Source of the DNA: Lingula anatina | Lineage: Eukaryota > Animalia > Brachiopoda | NCBI GenBank assembly: GCA_051362555.1 | Contig: CM120640.1 | Span: 52,988,788 to 53,052,787, forward strand | Direction of reading: 5' to 3' | Length of the DNA: 64,000 nt | Part shown: in pieces, positions 55,301 to 64,000 of the stretch | How positions within the stretch are numbered: the stretch's first letter is position 1 | Layout of the letters: each line of letters begins with the position of its first letter | Program-made: the position numbers and the translations under genes | The notes under the pieces: model-generated | Database searches by the model: none | Told to the model about the DNA's origin: nothing | What the model saw: only the letters and a program-made list of their open reading frames with translations

Positions 55301-57833
55301 CACCCAAGGCAGCAATCACTCAAGAAATAAGAACTATACCAAAAGAAGAGTGATTAAAAATCATTGATAACACACCTGTAGAATTCAAGTGTGTCTTCAG
55401 CTGAGTGAAGCACATTTGGAGCACATTCTATAAATGTGGAAAAAATCTTCAGTAGATCTAGTGACATGTTGTTTGTAGAAGCAGGTTTGCTTACTTCTCT
55501 AGCTTTCAGAAATTTATGGGTTGTATAAAGTTTGTGAACAGAAAATAAATGGCATTCAGGATCTTGGGTTACATTTATTCTGGGACATCCTGTATTTGCT
55601 CATCTGGTACCTTCTGAATAGGCCATATGAACTTGACAGCCTGTAGACCATGGCTTTTGAGTGTATGGCCTTAATACCAGGAGGGATCTTCCCTCTGGTT
55701 TCTTTCTCAATCACTGTATGTGGAACCTAATAACAGAGTGTTGTTTTTTCTTGTTCAAACTATAAGAAACTTGCTATACTAGGTGGAAATAGATTCATTT
55801 CAGGGTGCTTTGATTAAAAGTGGCATTACTGTAGTTTTAATTTAACAAAGGGTCAATGTAGATATATCAAAAGTCTCATGTGCAAGTATGATTATGCTAA
55901 CCACAGTATTAAAATGTGAATAAATTAAATTCATCTTATACTATTTTGCATGTATATTATTTACAATATATACGTATACAAGTAGTATTTACTGTTTACA
56001 TTTTGCAGAGTACATACTGTAAAAAATAAAGTGTTCCAATGACAGAAAGTGTGAAAATATGAATGGTTTGTTCTAAAAGTTGAATTTCTTTTTTTTTTAT
56101 TGTCTGTAAATTACTATTTGAAGGTAGACATATTTAGCATTTTCTACTGAAAAAACTAAATCAGATATTGATGTGCAATATCATAACCTACCAGGCTTAC
56201 AGCAAACATCCCAACTGCTGCTATACCAAATACTACACAGCCAACCAAGGACACTATCTTCTTCAATCCTGGTCTTTTTAACGAACTAAAAATATATAAA
56301 TTCTATACATAAATTCTGAGATCAAGATATCCCGATTTTGAATTTCTATTTATTTCTGAACTAAATTCTTAAACTGCAATGAAGGCTCCCAAAAGAAACT
56401 TATTCTTCTGGACTGAATTATATTGCAAGTAAAATGTTTTGAATTTAATTCTCACCCACCTTAGAACAGCCTTCAGTGTCTCAAAACCAAGAGACATAAT
56501 ACCAACAGCAATAGACAGAGGTACAGACTTCTTCAGAAATTCATTTAAATCCGATAAAGTAAATTCTGCAATGTTCAAAAAGATATGTTTTGATGTTCAC
56601 AAATTTGTTGTTGATGAGAAATAAACTATTAATGAATCCTAGAGACATCCTTGTTTTCATGATAAAATCTTTTATCAAACACTTTTAGACAAGGAAATGA
56701 TACAGAAAAAGCCACATAAATATTAGGAATATCTTTTACTTAGGCAATAGCTTTTATATTTTCTTCAAAAAATAATATGATGAAGGCATGCCCTGTGTTT
56801 TAATACAAATGATTAAACATGGAAACAGAGAATGCTTTTATTCCATGATGAAATTTCATGTTTTTTTTTTAGGTTTAAAAACCTTCCCCAACTTTCCAGA
56901 CTATCTTCTCCATCTATAAAGTAAGGAAATATTCTTCTATAATGCATATATGTATACCATCTCTGCATAATTATGCAGCTCTTTAAACATGAAAAATAAT
57001 AGTCTCCAATGATTAAGAAAGATGCATATTGATCAAATATCTGCTCAAATACTTGCTCTCACCCTTACCTATCTTTGAGTCAACAGTCCAATCTGGACGT
57101 ATCTTCAAGTTAAACAAGGTAATGGAGTAGTACAAAAGCGCAGAAAGTGAACCAGCAGCTGTGACTATTTTTGCCACTTTCCAAACAAGGCCAACCAGTG
57201 GAATTTTTATTGGTACTGAAAAAGCAATATTCTGTTGCTGCAAATAGATACATGTGATACATTTTCATTCACTTTCAAATTGAGAAACCAACTGCTTCTT
57301 TCATGATTGAATAGTATGACCCCCAAAAGCTTCTTTCATGGGTGTTCCTTTCTAAAAATGTTTCTAGACTTACTATAGTCTTTTATGCCAGTTTTGAAAA
57401 AAATGTCTTATTATGAAGTGAGTTTTGATTCCTGTTGAGGAAAATAAAAGAAATGTAAATAGACAGCAAGTATAGCTTTTCCAGATTCTATAAGCTTTTT
57501 TTTTTTCAAATTACACTCTTAAATGTAAAATGTCAGATTGTTTTCATAATCAGCTGAGCAGCTTCCACAAATGGTTTGAACACTCGCTCGATGTTCAGAC
57601 TAATTTTTTTATACCAGAATTGAAAAAAATTTTTTTTTTAATTTAAACATTTTTAGTAAGGCCCAGGTGTGTAAGAGAAATCACAGAGAAATCTGTAGAG
57701 CACGTTACTGACCATATTTAGGTTTTCTGCCAGTCAGGTACTGGTCATCTAACAGGCTCATACACAGAACAATGGTCAGCATGTTAAAGAAGTTGTAGTT
57801 TCCAGTGATGATAATAAGTATTTGGAAGAAAAC
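52327..57833 (-). CDS. LMF2: Lipase maturation factor 2, 3' half (5' exons not seen in window)
   Basis: [30 protein letters not shown]; ..SYGLFRR|[25 protein letters not shown]; [25 protein letters not shown]; PPKYIRA; NWWWR; C-terminal transmembrane segment ending FLGIFSP*. Confidence 0.93.
54779..54894 (-). CDS. LMF2: LMF2 alternative exon B
   Basis: TAG|...|GTAAGC, 116 nt: [38 protein letters not shown](T). Confidence 0.88.
55131..55590. repeat. Long imperfect inverted repeat between the LMF2 alternative exons
   Basis: Arms ~55131-55265 and ~55455-55590, e.g. CTACAAACAACATGTCACTA / TAGTGACATGTTGTTTGTAG and TCCCAGAATAA / TTATTCTGGGA. Confidence 0.85.
55611..55726 (-). CDS. LMF2: LMF2 alternative exon A
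   Basis: TAG|...|GTACC, 116 nt: [38 protein letters not shown](R). Confidence 0.88.
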
Positions 57834-60468
57834 CTGAAATACAAAATTTAAGGTTGGCAGATTCAATTCAGTCGAGAAGTAAAATCAAACCCTTCTTTTC
57901 AGTAGTCTATATCCTTTAAATTCACTAATTCATCAAAAATGACAAATTATTAAGTTCAAGCATTACTAAAATACTTTTAAATGAAACAAATAAGTATACA
58001 GAAACTAAGATCTTAGACAGAAAGAAGGCTATGATAAATAAAGATTGCAGAATTTATCGCTTTTTAATATATATTTTACATGACAATTTATAAATATGTA
58101 TCGGTGCATATAATCAACTTTTTGAAAGTTTTCTATCGTTTTACAGGAGACAACTTTCATACTCTTAAAAATGAAAAGATCAAAAGCAAACTTTACATTA
58201 TTTTTTCTTTAGGCAATTTTACGACACAAGCACATTTTTATGAAATACTTTGACACACACAAGAAAAACTGCATTTAAGAAAAAAACTATTCATTAATCA
58301 CACGTCAACCCTTGCTGACTTTACCAACATGTGACTAAACACACATTTGCATAACAGTAAAAATCAATAAATCAATGTCTTTACAATTCAACTGTCCTAC
58401 TTTCCTTTGAAAAGAAAATCCATAAACAGTGCATTTTTGTACTGGCTAGCTACACTGTAAGGCCAAAAATTGTTAGAACATTTAAAGAATAGTTCAGTGG
58501 TATCTAAATGTGACATAAATTTTAGGTAAATAGTAACCACGGTAATTGGAGACAACTTCCAACTGTTAAGCACAATGGATGGAATTTCAAAATGAGGACA
58601 CAGCATTAGAGTGCTGTTTGGTTCAGTTGAAAGTTCACAATCTCCCACAGTTTGGATCTGCAACAGTCAACTCATAGAGGTGAGTCTTTATAGGTGACAA
58701 ACTGCTCATAGCAGGGCAATTGCTTAAATGCTTACAAGTTATTTTAAAGCTAAGGACCTGCTGAACAACCTTTGAAAGGCATACATAGCTTGCAGGGCAA
58801 TCTATATTTAATCCAGTCTTCTGATAATCGAAGTGTGGAGTGCAAATAATACATATCGTTCTGATTAGATATCAAATTTAATTCAAAGAAAAATAATTGA
58901 AAGAAAAAGAAAAGCTGAAAAACGACAACACAGTGGCAATAATATGACATACAGAAAATTGTGTAACATGGGCATATAGTGTCATATAACATCAAAGAAA
59001 TTATTTAGAAAGAAATCATATCACCCTATCTCAAATAAAAAGAAAATAAACACACATTTAAAAACAAAAGGTTTCAAATACATGAAGCTAGATAGCATAT
59101 TTCTAAACTGTTGCTATGTTTTGATTATAGTCTACCAAGCTTCTGAAGACAACAATGGACTGAAAGATGTAACCCCAAACCTTATGCATAACGTAAAACT
59201 CTTACACTGTTTGTCAGCTTTACAAAAGCTGGTCACTAAATCAACACTATGCTGCATGTCAAAAGGATAATGGGTGGGTTTAACAATACAATTCAAGCAC
59301 TTTTTCAATACTTTAAATTTAGAGTACCAGCAGGTGTTTATTAAGTTTAAACTCTTGATATGACATAATGGATGGTACTTGGACAGAGACTTAAAAACCT
59401 CCATAGCAACCAGCAGTCTGGAGGCAGACAAGGTCTTTGCAACTTTTTTTCTTTAAGAAATAAGATCTGTTCATAAACATTAAATTGAAATTTACATACA
59501 AGATCATCATCATGAGTGTTATTTCTGTAAATATCAATTGACGCATTTGGTATTTGGGCAATATTACATCAATTATTCCAGGCTACAAAGCACTGATCTG
59601 TAGGTTAACATGCAAACATTCTAAACCCATAAATGGCTGTTTACACCAGGCAAATAAGTGAAGAATGCATACTATTCAAAGTAATTTTCCACTAGCATTG
59701 TTCGTGAATAAATATTGGAAGCACTGAGAAGCAAAAAGAAAATCAAACTGGCCTTATTTAGGACTCAAAAGAAAATCAGCTGGCATAAAGAACAGCCAAT
59801 GAGGCTGAAAATCTATAAAGAGTAGGTCAACTTGTACAAACAGGTCCCTTATCTAAACAACCAAGAACTTTATAGCATGGCACAGATGGCATGTTCATAC
59901 AGTGCTTGTCTTAGGAATAGACCGTGCAGGACTACAAGAGCAATTTCTTTAGGACTGGTGATTTACTTCATAATGTTATTGCAGTTTTAGTTTGAAGGTA
60001 AGTTTTTTATATATGGCATGACTTAAAATTTTTATTCAAAAATGCCAATCTCTTCAGTCCAAGAAGTGAAAAGAGAGGTGCAACCTTGGATGGAATGTGT
60101 GCTGAAAATCTTGCCTAGGAAATGTAGAAAAGCTATATTGACCTCATTTCTTTTCATTTTGAAGCATTATTAAATAATGGACTAACAATGGAAGCATATA
60201 TTTCACTTACAATTCAAAATGGTATTGAGAGAATGTTGTTTTGGGATTAATGAGCTTTGCAACAGGTACCTGACTACATACATCATGTAACACTAAACTT
60301 CATGTAACACTATTTTCTGAGTATTCTTAAGTAATACCCCTTTAGATTTTCACACATGTTGAACAAAATAAATATGACCAAATAATACACAAGACAAAAT
60401 GGCAGACAGTCTATAAATATATACACAAATGTATAATTATTAAAGTTGTGCAGTGATACAACAATTTT

Positions 60469-60761
60469 AAGAGTGCATTCAGAACAGATGATCCACCGAC
60501 TTTTTGATCCGCAGATTAAGTATGGCTGACCCATCATAAAAGGAAGACACTTAATCCGCGATGGTCTCACTGCCTCCATACGCGTCATTAAACAGATTAA
60601 GTCTCGGCTCTAAGGTTTAACTGCAAGGTCTCTGCGGGGATGGCATGTGTGGAGGCCAGGAGACCATCAATGGATTATGAGCGGCTACCTTTTATGTGGG
60701 GTTGGCCATATTTAGTACGCTAATCAATAATTCCGCAGATCATCTGTTCTGAATACACTCT
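60469..60761. mobile_element. Foldback MITE
   Basis: AGAGTGCATTCAGAACAGATGATC / GATCATCTGTTCTGAATACACTCT termini with further internal inverted matches. Confidence 0.75.
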
Positions 60762-62190
60762 AAGTATATTTGTACAAGGACTCATGACAAAATATTAAAC
60801 ATAAACACAGCATACATACATACATACATAGCAGTTTGACCTATAATGTCATAAAAGTTTGGTAAAAAAACATCCATAACACCTTGCTAATAAGAAAAAA
60901 GTGAAGCTTTGTTTGACAAGATTTGGTATGCAAATGGTGAAATACTCATAGGGAATAAATATTAACGACCATTATCAGGGTAGACATCATTTAAATGGCC
61001 AAATGCATGATTAACCAATATTTGTATGAAGGTCGATACTCAGATATGGAAGTGCCCAAAATTAAAAGGAAAACAGATAGAAAAAAATACGTATCCATGG
61101 ATAAATGTGATTAATGTCCCATCACACTCCCTAATCTGCCATTATTTCTGACCTATGAAATCTCTCTGATGATCTAAAAATCCATGACAATACTATAAAT
61201 TCCAATATAACATACATAGTTGCCAGTCATGGCAACAGGTTTCTTTAACATGAAATTGCAGTGCTTTGAATGACTGAAAATTGTGAATTTGTCATGCTGC
61301 TTTAAGAGAACAACATTTTGTGCCAATAAATCCCTGCCATTGCCCATCAAGTCCAATATCAACATTGCCAATTTACCTCAATGTGTTAAATCAATTTTGA
61401 ACATTGCACAGGGTATCTGTTGCCATGTCTCACTTAGAAGTTTGATATTTTTGTTACCACTTATCCATATGAAAAGTTAGTTACAACACAAGTTTACTTA
61501 ATGTAATACCCATTAACAGCAAAACATGCTTTATTTTCAAAAATAAATAACAGATGAAAGATTTTATATATTCTTTGCCCGCTGAAAAAGGGGAGAACAA
61601 TATCAAAGCAGTGAATAACAGGGAAATAATATGTCAAGCTAAATTTTCAAATAAGTTGAGACTACAAAAACCTGTCTATAAAGAAATATAATTTGACTAG
61701 ATAATTCTGTAAAGAATGGTTTGAATATCTGATGATTGATATATGTAACTCCAAAATAATAAAAAAGTATATCATCTTGACTGGACTAATTGAATAAAAT
61801 AATTCAAGTAGGAATTGACATAACCTATGCAACCCCAACTAAATAGACTCTTCCAAATATGAAGTTCTGCTCTGGATTCATTGTATTTCAATGGCAACTG
61901 TTCAATTCTCTGAACATAATCCCCAACAGAGAACCTTTGTGGCTTGTTTATGTCAGACTCATTCAGTGCACTTGTCAACAGCGAACTGTGGACCAGATTT
62001 GAATGAATACAATTCAAAGCCAATCATGCACAATAACTTTACTGGTTTCACAATAAGTTCAAAGTGCAGACTTAGAACAAGTAATTTACTGGAAGACGCC
62101 ATAACTACAATGTTCAACTGAAGATTTTCAAACATTTTGTACGAGATTGTAATCCTTTTTTTTTGTTGGTCACAACTGAAAACCAGCAAA

Positions 62191-64000
62191 ATGAGTAGTG
62201 AAGAGGCAGAGGCGTATATTCAGGTAATATATTTAATAAAACAAGGTATAGAGATCTCGAGAAAAGTGTAATCTTTGGAGACAAAACAATATGTATATCT
62301 ACCCCCTGGTCTTAACTTTTGTTTGCTTATGAAAAACCAAAGGCATGGACAGGGGTGCACAAATACATTCTCCACGACTTTGACAACCAGACAATTATGC
62401 TGCAATTTATTTAACTAATATGAGAAATAACATTAATCAGGAGAAAAATGCAATCTTATCATTTGATGCATTCTACTAAACTTCTAACTGCATTCAATAC
62501 AAACGAACAGCCATCAGAGAAATAATTTTCAAAACAATGTCAAACAGGGTTTCAGTGCTTGGAGGGATACAGGCTTTCCAATCCATAAATCATTTTCGAA
62601 ATTTGAAACTTGTTATGGCTAACATTTAATTTTAACAGTATAAGTTATATCTTTCATCATGACAAATTCCCAACTCTTTACATCTCAATCTTAACAAAGG
62701 CCAATGTTTTTTTTTCTCTTTTTAACACATCTTGTTCCTATCTCATTTCAGCAAATCCTGAAAGTGATGGAGGCCAGGGCTGAAAGAACTGATCGCCTGG
62801 CAGAACGGAATGTCCGCAGCCCACTAGCCCCAGTACGTCAGCGAAGCCCTACAGGCAAAGAGAGGAAAAACAGCCCCTCAATGAAAGGCAGAAATCGGCC
62901 CCTATCCCCTGTCAAACCTGGATCAGGAAGCACATTACGAGGTAGCAGTGGGTCGAGATCTAGATCACCCACTAAGCTGGCAGCATCAAGTACAGCTGCA
63001 GAGGAACCCAAACCAATCAAGAGACTCACATTCAAGTCTCCACATCATGAGGACAAATATCTCCGAGTGGTGGACCTATCCAACCAAGGGCTGACCACTG
63101 TGCAGTCAGCCTACTTTAATGGTGTGTATAATTTTGTGTATAATTTCTTGGTTAAAAGACAATTTCATTTCTTTAACAAGAGATTTTAACAGTGCCTGTT
63201 CACTTAAAAGCAGAATTTGGTGAATAATTAATACAAAAACTGACTACAGGAACACATCTGTTTCAAAGTGAGCTATGTTTCCACTTCAGGTTTTTTTAAT
63301 ATATCAAAAAATATAACTATATACAATTATTATTTTGACATAATAACCTGATAAGAATTTTAACACTTGCATTTTTTAAATATCTGACAGTAAAGGACTC
63401 GGACATTGTGGATGGCGGTACTTAATATTTTATTTCAATTTTCATTTGTAGAATGATTTTATTTCATTTAATTTTGACTGGATTTGTGTGCAGTGTGGAG
63501 TTCTATTTGTGGTGCTTTATTGCAGAATCTTTATTTTACAATATTCAGAATCAGCTGAAACCCCATTTCCTTTGATCAGTCTAATTTTAATCAAAGTGAC
63601 TGTGCACATCATGTTTAAAAATTATGGCTTCTTTCTCCAATACACTCAGTTCTGGTCAATATTTTTGTATAATTGCATTGGAGTGAATTAGACTGTGCTA
63701 TTATGTAACTTTTAAGAATAGAGAAGGTCATGGTGATACCTATTTTGAAGGATAGTTGTTACAGCTCCATGACTGATGTAATGTCATTTTACTTTTATAA
63801 ATCTCATGCATTAATTTTTCTTTTAAAATCCACCTTGTTAATGGAAACCTTTTTATTTTAATAGCCAAAGATGTAGGAGAGATGAACCTCTCAGGAAACT
63901 GCCTCAGAACCATTCCTTTGGACATACGCAAGCTAACCCACTTGATCAGCTTAAACATCAGCAGAAATGGCATCAAATGCTCACATCCCAATGATTATGG
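62191..64000 (+). CDS. Leucine-rich repeat protein, 5' part (exons 62191-62223, 62752-63121, 63865-beyond window)
   Basis: MSSEEAEAYIQ|QILKVMEAR..(S/R/P-rich)..LRVVDLSNQGLTTV..|AKDVGEMNLSGNCLRTIPLDIRKLTHLISLNISRNGI shows LxxLxLxxNxL repeats with phase-compatible splice sites. Confidence 0.8.

Noticed and set aside
54930-55380. Additional duplicated LMF2 exons between A and B
   Set aside because: Candidate segments contain stops or lack LMF2 similarity; the inverted repeat explains the region better.
60260-60310. Candidate upstream LMF2 exon ending CSQ|GT
   Set aside because: An in-frame stop lies about 10 codons upstream and there is no similarity to the expected LMF2 segment.

Overview
AT-rich, intron-containing, gene-dense animal DNA, probably a lophotrochozoan and likely a mollusc (inferred from repeat types and gene content). 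By joining GT-AG exons by hand I find, in order: the 3' end of a proteinase-K-like subtilisin (+), VHL (-), UBE2T (+), TMEM263 (-), ADA2/ADGF (+), a divergent forkhead gene (-), ILRUN/C6orf106 (+), TYMS (-), RPS16 (+), myotrophin (-), the 3' half of LMF2 (-), and the start of an LRR-protein gene (+) that appears nested in an LMF2 intron. Introns hold foldback MITEs, hAT and TTAA-flanked MITEs, a defective hAT, a LINE ORF1 remnant and a Helentron-like element carrying a 146-bp satellite rich in AGGTCA motifs. The strongest signals are two tandem duplicated exon pairs that look mutually exclusive. In ADA2, two 150-nt exons 31 nt apart encode either the Zn-binding HLH motif or SLH, a candidate enzyme/pseudo-enzyme splice switch. 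In LMF2, two 116-nt frame-incompatible exons flank a long intronic inverted repeat. All calls were made by eye; no searches were run.
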